DNA of 43,624 nt from Syntrophomonadaceae bacterium. GTDB taxonomy: Bacteria > Bacillota > Dethiobacteria > DTU022. The DNA lies in the NCBI GenBank assembly GCA_007119615.1, contig SKPH01000006.1, positions 1 through 43,624 on the forward strand, read 5' to 3'. Below, in pieces: positions 19,298 through 28,344 of this stretch. The notes below the pieces were generated by a model. That model had not been told where the DNA came from, made no database searches, and saw nothing but the letters and a program-made list of their open reading frames with translations. Numbering within the stretch: the first letter of the stretch is position 1; every line of letters starts with the position of its first letter. A program made the translations under genes and the position numbers.

Positions 19298-20443
19298 TCA
19301 GATTTTTCTGCAGATAATGCCGTTGGCAATAATCAGACGCTGGATCTGGCTGGTTCCTTCGTAGATCTGCATTATCTTGGCATCGCGCATATATTTTTCA
19401 AGCGGATAATCCCTGGTGAACCCGTAACCGCCCAGTACCTGGAGAGCATCTACTGTCACCCGCATAGCCATATCGCCGGCATAAGCCTTGGCCATGGCGG
19501 CATAAGTGGATAGGCCTTTTTCACCTTTACCGATCATGGCTGCTGCGCGGAAGATCAAACAACGGGCCGCTTCAATCTCCATCGCCATATCGGCCAGCAT
19601 AAACTGGATAGCCTGTTGCTGAATAATCGGTTTTCCAAACTGGACCCGTTCACGGGCATAATCTACAGCCGCCTCATAAGCAGCCCTGGCCACACCCACC
19701 GCCAGCGAAGCAATCATCGGCCTGGAGATATCAAAAGTTTCCATCGCCACTCTGAAACCACCGCATTCTTTGCCAAGCATATTTTCCCCGGGGATGCGGA
19801 CATCTTCAAAAACTACCACTGCCGTATTGCTGGCCCGGATACCCATTTTCTTCTCTTTTTTACTGGCATCAATACCCGGAGTGCCTCTCTCCACAACGAA
19901 AGGAGTCAGAGTTCTGGCCCCTCTTTTCGGATTAACAACTGCAAATACGACATAAAAGTCGGCGTAAGTTCCGTTGGTAATGAAGCATTTGGTTCCGTTA
20001 ATTATATAATCGGAACCATCTTTAATTGCCGTGGTTGAAATTGAGCTGACATCGGAGCCGGCATTTGGTTCGGTAAGGCAGAATGAAGCCAATTTACCAT
20101 CGCACAGTTCAGGCAGGTACTTTTTCTTCTGTTCTTCACTGCCTGCAATCAGGATCGGAAGCATGGCCAGAGAGTTGGCGCCTACCCCGGTAGCTATACC
20201 GGCACAACCTCGTCCTAACTCTTCAGTCACCAGGCATACAGTAACTTCATCCATTCCTGCCCCGCCGTATTCTTCCGGAATATTGATTGATGAAAATCCT
20301 TCGGCAGTCATCCGGCGGACCAGATCTACAGGCATCTCCTCTTTTTCGTCGTATTCGGCCGCAACCGGAGCAATCTCTTTTTCAGCATATTCGCAGGCCA
20401 TTTTCTGCATGGCCAGTTGTTCGGTGGTAAGTTCAAAGTCCAT
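19298..20443 (-). CDS. acyl-CoA dehydrogenase (short-chain/butyryl-CoA type)
   Basis: FCLTEPNAGSD, NGTKCFITNG, KMGIRAS, RVQFGKPI, QVLGGYGF, RDAKIMQIYEGTSQIQR with the catalytic Glu in YEG. Confidence 0.93.
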   Translation of the reverse strand: MDFELTTEQLAMQKMACEYAEKEIAPVAAEYDEKEEMPVDLVRRMTAEGFSSINIPEEYGGAGMDEVTVCLVTEELGRGCAGIATGVGANSLAMLPILIAGSEEQKKKYLPELCDGKLASFCLTEPNAGSDVSSISTTAIKDGSDYIINGTKCFITNGTYADFYVVFAVVNPKRGARTLTPFVVERGTPGIDASKKEKKMGIRASNTAVVVFEDVRIPGENMLGKECGGFRVAMETFDISRPMIASLAVGVARAAYEAAVDYARERVQFGKPIIQQQAIQFMLADMAMEIEAARCLIFRAAAMIGKGEKGLSTYAAMAKAYAGDMAMRVTVDALQVLGGYGFTRDYPLEKYMRDAKIMQIYEGTSQIQRLIIANGIICRKI

Positions 20444-20526
20444 TGTTTATCCTCCCTGTCATTGTTTAATTCATTTCAATCCGTTTTTTTTAACACAGCT
20501 GCTGCGGTTCAGCACATTTAAACGGA

Positions 20527-22242
20527 TCAGTTGGCAGCCTTCAATTTTTTGTGGCGTCTGGCTCTTTCCAGCAAGCTGTCGACATGCCTAAGGCTTACTT
20601 CATCGATGCTTGCTCCGTCGAGCATGCGGGCCAATTCCTCCCTAATTTCCGGTGTGGATAATTTTTCTGCCCTGGTGATAGTCCTGTTCCCGGCTGTCTC
20701 TTTATAAAGGCGGATATGGCAATCGGCCATTGAAGCAATTTGCGGACTGTGTGTAACACACATGACCTGGTGATGAAAGGCCAGTTGTGCCAATTTTTCG
20801 GCAACTGCCTGCACTGTTGCACCACCGATACCTGAATCTACCTCGTCAAATATCAGGGTAGGAATCAGGTCCTGGCGGGCCAGGATAGTTTTAAGAGCCA
20901 GCATTACCCGCGATACCTCTCCGCCTGAAATAATCTTTGTCAGGGGCTTAACTTCTTCACCGCGGTTGGCTGAAAAAAAGAACTCAACCTGGTCCATCCC
21001 TTTTGGAGAAAATCTCTCTTTAGCCGTAATTCTGATTTCAAACCGGGCGCCGGCCAGGGCGAGCTCTTTCAGGCACTCTTCAAGCAGTTTTTCCAGGTTA
21101 AGCGCTGTCTCCCGGCGCAGGGCGCGCAAAGAGTTACTTTCCGCAGTCAGTTCTTTTTCCAGATCGCTTATCTCAGCTTCAATTTTTTCAACCACTGCTT
21201 CGCTGTTCTGCAGCCGCTCCAGGTCTTCTTCGAGCTTCTCACCAAAAGCGATTATGTCTTCGATCGTCGTTCCATATTTACGTTTTAGGTTGTTTACCAG
21301 GTTTAATCGATCCTGAATTACGGTTAATTCATTGGGTTCAAATTCAAACCCGGCCTGGTAATCACGAAGCTCGTAGGAAACTTCCTCCAACTGGGCAGAG
21401 GCGCCGGCAAGAAGATCCAGCAGGGGAGAAAGTTTCCGGTCGATGGTCGCGGCTTCACTCAGGAGTTTCAATGACCGGTTCAAACGATCGACTATGGCTT
21501 CCACCGGGCTGTCTTCTTCACCGCTGTAAATATCGGCATACGCACTTGCAGTCAGGTTGCATATTTTTTCAGCATTGGCCAGAATTTTTTCTTTTTCGGC
21601 CAATTCCTGGTCTTCACCGGGGCTAAGCACTGCCTCCTTGATCTCTTTAAGCTGGAAAGCAGTTATGTCTATCCTTCTCTCACGTTCAACACTGCTTTCT
21701 CCGAGTTCTGTCAGCTCTTTTTTTAGGCTTTGGATCTTTTTAAAAAGTTCATCTACTTTAGAACGGGATGTATTTATAGTTTCTCCACCAAATGAGTCGA
21801 GCAGCTCAAGATGTTGTTCCGGCCGCAGTAACGACTGGTGCTGGTGCTGTCCGTGCAGATCAACTAACAACTGCCCGATTTCTTTTAGAAACGATACCGG
21901 AACCGCACGCCCGTTGACCCGGGCTACGCTGCGGCCGGTGCGAAATACTTCACGGGCGATAATCAGTTCATCGGAAGGATTAATTCCGGACTGATCGAGA
22001 AATTTACCGATCTCGTCCGCCAGAGCCGGTTCGCAGCAAACAATACCTTCGACATATGCTGTATCGCTTCCCTGGCGAACCTGTTCTACTACGGCTCTTT
22101 CACCGAGGAGCAAATTTATAGCATCGATAATAATAGATTTTCCTGCTCCTGTTTCACCGCTTAATATATTCAAACCGGGACTAAAGTTAAGGCTCAGGTC
22201 ATCAATCAGAGCAAAATTGGAAACCCTTAACTCAATAAACAT
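20527..22242 (-). CDS. recN: DNA repair protein RecN
   Basis: Walker A GETGAGKS, HGQHQHQ, coiled coil, SGGEVSRVMLALK, FDEVDSG, VTHSPQ. ATG 22242 behind GGGAGG. Confidence 0.96.
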   Translation of the reverse strand: MFIELRVSNFALIDDLSLNFSPGLNILSGETGAGKSIIIDAINLLLGERAVVEQVRQGSDTAYVEGIVCCEPALADEIGKFLDQSGINPSDELIIAREVFRTGRSVARVNGRAVPVSFLKEIGQLLVDLHGQHQHQSLLRPEQHLELLDSFGGETINTSRSKVDELFKKIQSLKKELTELGESSVERERRIDITAFQLKEIKEAVLSPGEDQELAEKEKILANAEKICNLTASAYADIYSGEEDSPVEAIVDRLNRSLKLLSEAATIDRKLSPLLDLLAGASAQLEEVSYELRDYQAGFEFEPNELTVIQDRLNLVNNLKRKYGTTIEDIIAFGEKLEEDLERLQNSEAVVEKIEAEISDLEKELTAESNSLRALRRETALNLEKLLEECLKELALAGARFEIRITAKERFSPKGMDQVEFFFSANRGEEVKPLTKIISGGEVSRVMLALKTILARQDLIPTLIFDEVDSGIGGATVQAVAEKLAQLAFHHQVMCVTHSPQIASMADCHIRLYKETAGNRTITRAEKLSTPEIREELARMLDGASIDEVSLRHVDSLLERARRHKKLKAAN

Positions 22243-22289
22243 CCCGTATCCTCCCAAATGCCATACCAGCTTTCGCCTTGGTTGTTTTA

Positions 22290-22319
22290 ATTATATGGTG
22301 CTTATAATTCAGTTTACAA
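22290..22319 (-). promoter_or_regulatory. possible sigma-A promoter for recN
   Basis: TTGTAA (22319-22314), 18 nt, TATAAT (22295-22290). Confidence 0.45.
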
Positions 22320-22382
22320 AAACTCACATGCTCCTACACGCCGGATCATAATCCCTTGTTCCGGACCTTAATATCTGCTTAA

Positions 22383-23234
22383 TTAACCTTTTAATTTCTG
22401 ATGAAGCATCCTGTAGAATGAATAATCATGAAAACAGACCAGCTTAACCTTTTGTTCGGAGCGTCGAATAATAATATGATCTTTATCTTCCATGGCAAAC
22501 CTGACCTGGCCGTCGACCGTGAGGACGACCTGGACTTGACGGGAATCGATGCGCAGCTTCATTTTATCATTGCCGTTAATAATTACCGATCTATTGTAGA
22601 GACTGTGCGGGCAAATCGGGGTTACCACAAACAATTCCATGGTCGGGTTGACGATCGGGCCCCCCGCCGACAGAGAATATCCCGTCGAACCGGTTGGTGT
22701 GGACACGATAATTCCGTCCCCGGAGTAGCTTTCCATAAAATCTTCATTAACGTGGGTTTCAACCTTGATTATTCTTGAAAAAGGCCCTCTCGAGATAACG
22801 ATATCATTGAGGGCCTGGTAATATCCCAGGTCATCATCGCCACGGCGCAACCATGCTTCGATCATCATCCGCTCCTGGTAGCTGTACTGTTCCGTTGCGA
22901 TATACTGTAAGAAGCGTTCCATCTGCTCAACTTCAATTTCAGCTAAAAAGCCCTTCTGTCCGAGGTTAATGCCCAGTATCGGCACATCCCAGCAGGCCAG
23001 ATCACGGGCGACACGAAGAATGGTGCCGTCCCCTCCGACAACTATAATAATTTTTAGTCTATCCTTCCATACGGAGAGCTGCTCAGCCAGTGATACTTCG
23101 CTGTAGAAGTCTGCCAGTTCTTTACCGGCTACCTGCATAGTAATCTGGCGCTGTTTAAAGAAGCGGGTTATCTTCTCGACAACCAGGGTTGAATTTTTTT
23201 TATGCCAGTTGGGAATTAACCCTAGATCTTTCAC
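22383..23234 (-). CDS. nadK: NAD(+) kinase
   Basis: GGDGT, GINLGQKGFL, ALND, GDGIIVSTPTGSTGYSLSAGGP, TPICPHSL, TVDG. Confidence 0.96.
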   Translation of the reverse strand: MKDLGLIPNWHKKNSTLVVEKITRFFKQRQITMQVAGKELADFYSEVSLAEQLSVWKDRLKIIIVVGGDGTILRVARDLACWDVPILGINLGQKGFLAEIEVEQMERFLQYIATEQYSYQERMMIEAWLRRGDDDLGYYQALNDIVISRGPFSRIIKVETHVNEDFMESYSGDGIIVSTPTGSTGYSLSAGGPIVNPTMELFVVTPICPHSLYNRSVIINGNDKMKLRIDSRQVQVVLTVDGQVRFAMEDKDHIIIRRSEQKVKLVCFHDYSFYRMLHQKLKG

Positions 23235-23269
23235 ACGGTTCCTCCTGTGAAACTATTTCTATATTTTTA

Positions 23270-23296
23270 ATTCTTTGCAGCAGCTCCGGATCCTTT
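23270..23296 (-). promoter_or_regulatory. sigma-H-like promoter upstream of nadK
   Basis: AAAGGAT...GAATT: AGGA (23294-23291), 17 nt, GAAT (23273-23270). Confidence 0.5.
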
Positions 23297-23304
23297 ACCT
23301 GGCT

Positions 23305-24141
23305 TTAATTTTTCTTTCCCAGTAATTCATGATGAGCCTGCACAACGGCCCGATCAATGCAGCCGGTATAGTCCTCCCGGCAACTGCACCCGGACTTCCG
23401 GTTAAAATCAAAATAAGCAAAATACTCAATGTTACCCTTAGGTCCGGGCCACCTGGAGAAAGTTATATCCCGGAAGCAGTATCCGGCTCGGCAGGCCATA
23501 TCTAAGGTATCTTTAAGAATCCTGCGGTGCAGTTCGGGGTCTCGGATAACACCTTTTCCTTTGCCGGCATCTATCCGGCCCGCTTCAAACTGTGGCTTAA
23601 TCAGGGCAAGTACAGCGGGAATAGTCAGTTTACTTAATACAGGCAGTACTTTGGAGAGCGAGATAAATGATACATCTACAACTGCCAGATCCGGCAGCCG
23701 GTCCAAATCACTGCGCGTAAGATTGCGGATATTAAACCGTTCCATCACAGTGACCCTGGAATCATTGCGCAGGCTCTGGTCAAGCTGCCCGTAGCCTACA
23801 TCAAGGGCAAATACAAATTTGGCTCCTTTTTTCAACAGGCAATCAGTGAAACCTCCGGTTGATGAGCCGACATCGAGAACAACCAGACCCCGCACATCGA
23901 TCTGCAGCTCATGCAGCGCACCTTCAATTTTTAATCCGCCGCGGCTAACATAAGGGTTTTCAGGTTTGCGCAGGTTGATCTCCACACTGCTGTCATGGAG
24001 TGTGCCCGGTTTATCGCTAACCCGACCGTTTACAATAACATTTCCGGCCATTATTTCAGCCTGAATACGGCTGCGGCTTAAATCGGGCCGTCTTTCTGCG
24101 AGCAGCAGATCCAGGCGTTCCTTTCGTTCCCGGGCGCTCAA
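23305..24141 (-). CDS. tlyA: TlyA family rRNA 2'-O-methyltransferase
   Basis: S4 domain (ERLDLLL), YVSRGGLK, LDVGSSTGGFTD, DVSFISL, LIKPQFEAG, GPKGNIEY. The TTG start at 24141 overlaps the dxs stop (TTGA). Confidence 0.94.
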   Translation of the reverse strand: MSARERKERLDLLLAERRPDLSRSRIQAEIMAGNVIVNGRVSDKPGTLHDSSVEINLRKPENPYVSRGGLKIEGALHELQIDVRGLVVLDVGSSTGGFTDCLLKKGAKFVFALDVGYGQLDQSLRNDSRVTVMERFNIRNLTRSDLDRLPDLAVVDVSFISLSKVLPVLSKLTIPAVLALIKPQFEAGRIDAGKGKGVIRDPELHRRILKDTLDMACRAGYCFRDITFSRWPGPKGNIEYFAYFDFNRKSGCSCREDYTGCIDRAVVQAHHELLGKKN

Positions 24142-26030
24142 GTCAGACCTTTTGCCGCCTGTCCACCGGCAAATGCAAGAGCCACATTGTAAATGCCGTC
24201 TGCGTCCAGATGACAGACGGAGAGCATCTGTGCCCTGGTTCCATGGCCGACAAAACAATCGTCTATCCCCAAACGTTTAATGGGCAGAAACATTCCTCTT
24301 TTCTCCAGCAGCTCCATAATGCCGCTGCCGAATCCTCCGCCCAGAACATTTTCTTCTACAGTAATCACCCGGCCGCATTTCCTGGCCCAGCCTAAAATCA
24401 GATCTTCATCGAGAGGTTTTATGAAACGGGCATTGATTACTGCCGTTTTTATCCCCTGCCAGAATAACTTTTCCGCAGCCTCAAGGGCTGAATTAACGAT
24501 TGTTCCTGCTGCAATAATCAGTAGATCTTCACCCTGCCGGATCACTTCTCCCCGGCCCCAGGGAAGAATCCTCGGTTTGGTTAGTTCGACTCCCAAAACT
24601 TTATCGCGCGGATACCTGATAGCTACAGGGCCGCCCACATGGTTAAGAGCTGTGGCAAACATATGTTGGAGCTCATCTTCGTTTGCAGGAGCCATTACCG
24701 ACATATTCGGCATAGTGCGCAGATAGGTAAGGTCGAAAAGCCCCTGGTGGGTTTCACCATCTTCTCCGATAATACCAGCCCGATCTACAGCAAATACAAC
24801 CGGCAGATCCTGCAGACAGGTATCATGTAATATCTGATCGTAAGCGCGCTGTAAGAAGGTGCTGTAAATGGCAACTACCGGCCGCATACCGCCCGCAGCC
24901 AGGGCTGCTGCAAAGGTGACGCCGTGCTGTTCAGCGATACCGACATCGTAAAATCTACCTGGAAACTCCTTAGAGAATTTGTTCAGGCCGGTACCGGCAG
25001 TCATTGCGGCAGTTATGGCTACTATATCCGGGTTTTCACGACCCAGTTGCAGCAGTGTCCGGCCAAATATATCTGTATAGGTCGGGCTTTTCTTTTCTTT
25101 AAGAGGCAGGCCGTTGTTTAAATCAAAAGGTCCGATTCCGTGAAATATTTCGGGGGATTTCTCTGCGTAATGATATCCTTTCCCTTTTTCGGTTACAACG
25201 TGAACTAAAACAGGACCGCTCATTTTATCGGCCTGTTGCAGTATATTCATGATCAGAGATATATTATGGCCGTCTACAGGGCCAAAATAGGTAAACCCAA
25301 GTTCTTCAAAAAGCATTCCCGGCATAATCAGGTATTTCAATCCGCCCTTAATTCTCTCAGCCGAATTCACCATCTGTTCGCCAACCAGCGGAATCCTGCC
25401 TACGAATTGCTCAAAATCTTTTTTCAGGCGGGAATACTTCGGATCGGAGCGAATACGCCCCAGGTAAGAGGACATGCTGCCTACATTAGAACTAATTGAC
25501 ATCTTGTTGTCGTTAAGAATGACCAGCAGGTTTGCCTTGATATGGCCGGCGTGGTTTAGTGCCTCGAATGCCATTCCTCCGGTGAGTGCTCCATCGCCTA
25601 TCACAGCAGCCACTTTATAGTCATCACCCTTGCAGTCACGGGCTCTGGCCAAACCGAGAGCAGCCGAAATTGAGGTGCTGCTGTGGCCGGTTAAAAAAGG
25701 ATCGTGCTCGCTTTCCGATGGTTTTGGAAAACCGCACAACCCCCCTTGCTGGCGCAGGGTCGGGAACTGGTCCCAGCGGCCGGTCAGGAGCTTATGCGGG
25801 TAGCTCTGATGCCCGACATCCCAGATCAGACGATCCCTGGGACTGCTGTAGTTACTGTGCAGGGCTACTGCCAGTTCAACAACCCCGAGGCTTGCCGCAA
25901 GGTGGCCGCCGTTATCGGCAACCGTTCTAATCATATATTCACGAATTTCCGCAGCAGCTTCGATCAGCTGTTCAGGGCCCAGTGTTTTCAGGTCCTGCGG
26001 CAGCTTTAAACTGCTGAGTAGCTCTCCCAT
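24138..26030 (-). CDS. dxs: 1-deoxy-D-xylulose-5-phosphate synthase
   Basis: GGHLAASLG, WDVGHQSYPHK, GHSSTSISA, TPP motif GDGALTGG..NDN, DVGIAEQH, YSTFLQRAYDQ, DRAG..DGETHQG. Confidence 0.97.
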   Translation of the reverse strand: MGELLSSLKLPQDLKTLGPEQLIEAAAEIREYMIRTVADNGGHLAASLGVVELAVALHSNYSSPRDRLIWDVGHQSYPHKLLTGRWDQFPTLRQQGGLCGFPKPSESEHDPFLTGHSSTSISAALGLARARDCKGDDYKVAAVIGDGALTGGMAFEALNHAGHIKANLLVILNDNKMSISSNVGSMSSYLGRIRSDPKYSRLKKDFEQFVGRIPLVGEQMVNSAERIKGGLKYLIMPGMLFEELGFTYFGPVDGHNISLIMNILQQADKMSGPVLVHVVTEKGKGYHYAEKSPEIFHGIGPFDLNNGLPLKEKKSPTYTDIFGRTLLQLGRENPDIVAITAAMTAGTGLNKFSKEFPGRFYDVGIAEQHGVTFAAALAAGGMRPVVAIYSTFLQRAYDQILHDTCLQDLPVVFAVDRAGIIGEDGETHQGLFDLTYLRTMPNMSVMAPANEDELQHMFATALNHVGGPVAIRYPRDKVLGVELTKPRILPWGRGEVIRQGEDLLIIAAGTIVNSALEAAEKLFWQGIKTAVINARFIKPLDEDLILGWARKCGRVITVEENVLGGGFGSGIMELLEKRGMFLPIKRLGIDDCFVGHGTRAQMLSVCHLDADGIYNVALAFAGGQAAKGLT

Positions 26031-26048
26031 CGCAATCCCCCCGCGATT

Positions 26049-26621
26049 TTACTCCGTCTTTTTTATCCAGCTTAAAGGTCTTTCCAGTCGGGTTATCAAT
26101 GACCCGACGACCAGGATCACTTCAGTTGAATGGTTTATGGCAACTATCTTACCCCAGGCTTTTCCTCCCACGGTCAAAGCGGCAACCAGAGCTGTCAGCA
26201 AAATACCGAGGTAGAATTCGGTCCGGGCTAAAGTAGCATCGGCAACAAGCCTGAAAACAATAATAGCGGCCAGTGTGCCGCTGACAACCCCGCTGATATC
26301 TCCGGCTACATCATTACAGAAATTTGCCACCTGCTCAGCATTTTTTACCAGGTAGACGCCGCGTTTTGCCCCGACAACTCTCCGGGCTGCCTTGGCGTTG
26401 AGGGGCCCTATTTTAGCTGCAGCAGCGGCAGTACCGATGAGATCAAAAATTACACCTACAAAGATGACAAATAATAAAATTGCAAACGCAGCAATAAGTG
26501 ACTGGATCTCACTGAGTGAATATTGTGTGATAAAACCAAAAATGATGGCCAGAATAAAGGTCCAGATTGAAATTATTATAACCCAACGTGTCCGTCGACG
26601 CTTTTTCCTGATTTTAGCCAA
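26049..26621 (-). CDS. oapA: OLE-associated protein A, membrane protein
   Basis: 190 aa with about four hydrophobic helices, FDLIGTA, NFCNDVAGDISGVVSG (DxxxD), ALTVGGKA.GK; lies between the OLE RNA and dxs. Confidence 0.88.
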   Translation of the reverse strand: MAKIRKKRRRTRWVIIISIWTFILAIIFGFITQYSLSEIQSLIAAFAILLFVIFVGVIFDLIGTAAAAAKIGPLNAKAARRVVGAKRGVYLVKNAEQVANFCNDVAGDISGVVSGTLAAIIVFRLVADATLARTEFYLGILLTALVAALTVGGKAWGKIVAINHSTEVILVVGSLITRLERPLSWIKKTE

Positions 26622-26644
26622 ACCTCATCACCTTTGTACAAAAA

Positions 26645-27205
26645 ACATAAGTGGTAACAAACCAGGTAAACTTTGCGGCTTAGGTCCAGCAGGATTTCCC
26701 ACATGGTCACCTGTCGTTGCCGAGCAGGCAGTTCCCTTTTAAGACTATGCCCGCTGTGTCACCAACAGCAGAACTGGATTACCACTTAGCTCACACTTTA
26801 ATCCCTGGCTTGTTTCTCTTTCGAGAGCAGTCTAGAAGATTTCCCCCCTGACGCCTGGTCTCCCCTAGCCTCTTTTGCAGAGTAGGTTTAAGGTATTTGC
26901 ATTCCCTCCACCTATTCCACTCAAGGCAGGCTACACTGCACACAGCTTTTGTACCGCATGCAGGTTTCTTACCCAAGCAGTAGCCTTTTGTTTATTAAAC
27001 AATACGCCACCGTCATTGGGTCTCCACGAAGGCAGGGTCAACGCCTACATGCCATTGTAGATCGCCCCGTCCTTCTTAACTCCCAGCACCAGCTCCCGAC
27101 TGGGCGTCGGCAGCCACCACCAGGAACTTCATCGGTGTGCCCTTAACGGATTTTTAGGCCCGTTTTCGGAGAGGGGCGGCAACTAGAATACTGCACCACT
27201 TATGC
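26645..27205 (-). ncRNA. ole: OLE RNA (ornate, large, extremophilic RNA)
   Basis: About 560 nt with no credible ORF. The ends form a perfect 10-bp stem (CAUAAGUGGU 27204-27195 / ACCACUUAUG 26655-26646). It carries blocks I recognise as OLE-conserved: GUAUUCUAGU, CUAAAAAUCCG, GGGCACA.CGAUGAAGUUCCUGGUG, GCUGGGAGUUAAG, GGCGUUGACCC, GUGGAGACC, GCAGUGUAGCCUGCCUUGAGUG, CUAAGUGGUAAUCCAG, GGGAAAUCCUGCUGGACCUAAGCCGCAA..UUUAC. Synteny with oapA-dxs-tlyA-nadK-recN matches known OLE loci. Confidence 0.93.
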
Positions 27206-27220
27206 TCGTTGCTGTGGAAT

Positions 27221-27249
27221 ATTATAGCATATCCGGGCTTTCTTCTCAA
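27221..27249 (-). promoter_or_regulatory. sigma-A promoter (extended -10) driving ole-oapA
   Basis: TTGAGA (27249-27244), 17 nt ending TGC, TATAAT (27226-27221); about 15 nt upstream of the OLE 5' stem. Confidence 0.8.
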
Positions 27250-27288
27250 CCTTACCGGAATTGACCGCTAAGCGATTTTACGGCGATT

Positions 27289-28227
27289 TTATAACAGCCC
27301 ATGGTTAATTTTGCATGCTTTCAGGGCGTTTTTCAACAACATCCGGTTAGTTACCGAGCCAACACCTTTAGGAACAGGGGATATGGCCCTGGTCTTATCT
27401 TTGACCGCGTCGAAGGATACATCGCCAACAGTTTTAGTCTTCGGTTTGCCCTTTTCATTGAGTACCGGTTCACCTTTTTCATCAACTACTTTTACCCGGT
27501 TAATTCCGACATCAATTACAATTGCCCCTTCTTTAACCTGCTCAGGACCGATTAAGTCTGCTTTGCCGGCTGCTACGATCAGGATATCGGCCCCCGTGGT
27601 GTGCTTCTCAAGGTTGCCCTTCATGCTGGTAAAGACATGCGTAACACTGGTAGTCGCATTTCGGTTAAGAGCGAGGAAGGCCACAGGTTTACCGACAATG
27701 TTAGAGTGGCCGACAACAACAATCTCAGCACCTTCAAAGAAGTCTTTTGGATCCATATTTTCGTCATTACGGGCAAAGCGTTCCAGAATTTCGATTACCG
27801 CCGCCGGAGTTGCCGGTGGGAAGGTAACCTCGCCCAGGGCGAGTTTACCCATGTTGAAAGGATGGAAGCAGTCAATATCTTTATTAACATCAATTGAGTT
27901 TATTACAACCGTATCCGATATCTGTTCGGGAAATGGGCGCAGGGGTAAAATTCCGCTGACCGTCGGATCGGCATTCAGTTTCTGTACAATATTGATAACT
28001 TCTGCTTCTGTTACATCCGCGGGAGGGTTTTCGTTAACATAGGCAAATCCGGCTTCTTCACAAAACTTTTCTACCTGCCCTCTGTACATGCGGGAACCGA
28101 AATCATCCCCAACCAGGAGGGTGGCAATCCCCGGGGTAATACCTTTGGCTTTAAGCTCCTCCGTTTCTTTGATAATTTCTTTCATGATCTCTTCGCCAAT
28201 CGCTACACAGTCAATTACTTTTGTCAT
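27289..28227 (-). CDS. folD: methylenetetrahydrofolate dehydrogenase FolD (probably monofunctional)
   Basis: LLVGDD, LNADP.VSGI, KDIDCFH, PATP, GHSNIVGKP, VIDVGIN, GDV, SPVPKGVG. YxxxK reads YRGQV and the GILVQLP equivalent reads GILPLRP. ATG 28227 behind AAAGGGG. Confidence 0.9.
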   Translation of the reverse strand: MTKVIDCVAIGEEIMKEIIKETEELKAKGITPGIATLLVGDDFGSRMYRGQVEKFCEEAGFAYVNENPPADVTEAEVINIVQKLNADPTVSGILPLRPFPEQISDTVVINSIDVNKDIDCFHPFNMGKLALGEVTFPPATPAAVIEILERFARNDENMDPKDFFEGAEIVVVGHSNIVGKPVAFLALNRNATTSVTHVFTSMKGNLEKHTTGADILIVAAGKADLIGPEQVKEGAIVIDVGINRVKVVDEKGEPVLNEKGKPKTKTVGDVSFDAVKDKTRAISPVPKGVGSVTNRMLLKNALKACKINHGLL

Positions 28228-28344
28228 CTTACTGTTCCCCTTTCTCAGTTTAAAATGATGATCTTCAGACATACATGCAACCTTTTTAATCGAAGTAATA
28301 AATGTGACCGGATTTAATTTGAGCCGCCGGTTTTCACAGCCTGC

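Noticed and set aside
26791-27146. Short ORFs 26791-26976(-), 26875-27060(+), 26949-27146(+)
   Set aside because: They lie inside the OLE RNA, with no recognisable motif; these are chance ORFs.
26645-27205. RNase P RNA, tmRNA or a group I/II intron as the identity of the long structured region
   Set aside because: It lacks the RNase P GAGGAAAGUCC hallmark, tRNA-like ends with a tag ORF, and a group II domain V. Sequence blocks and the oapA-dxs context fit OLE.
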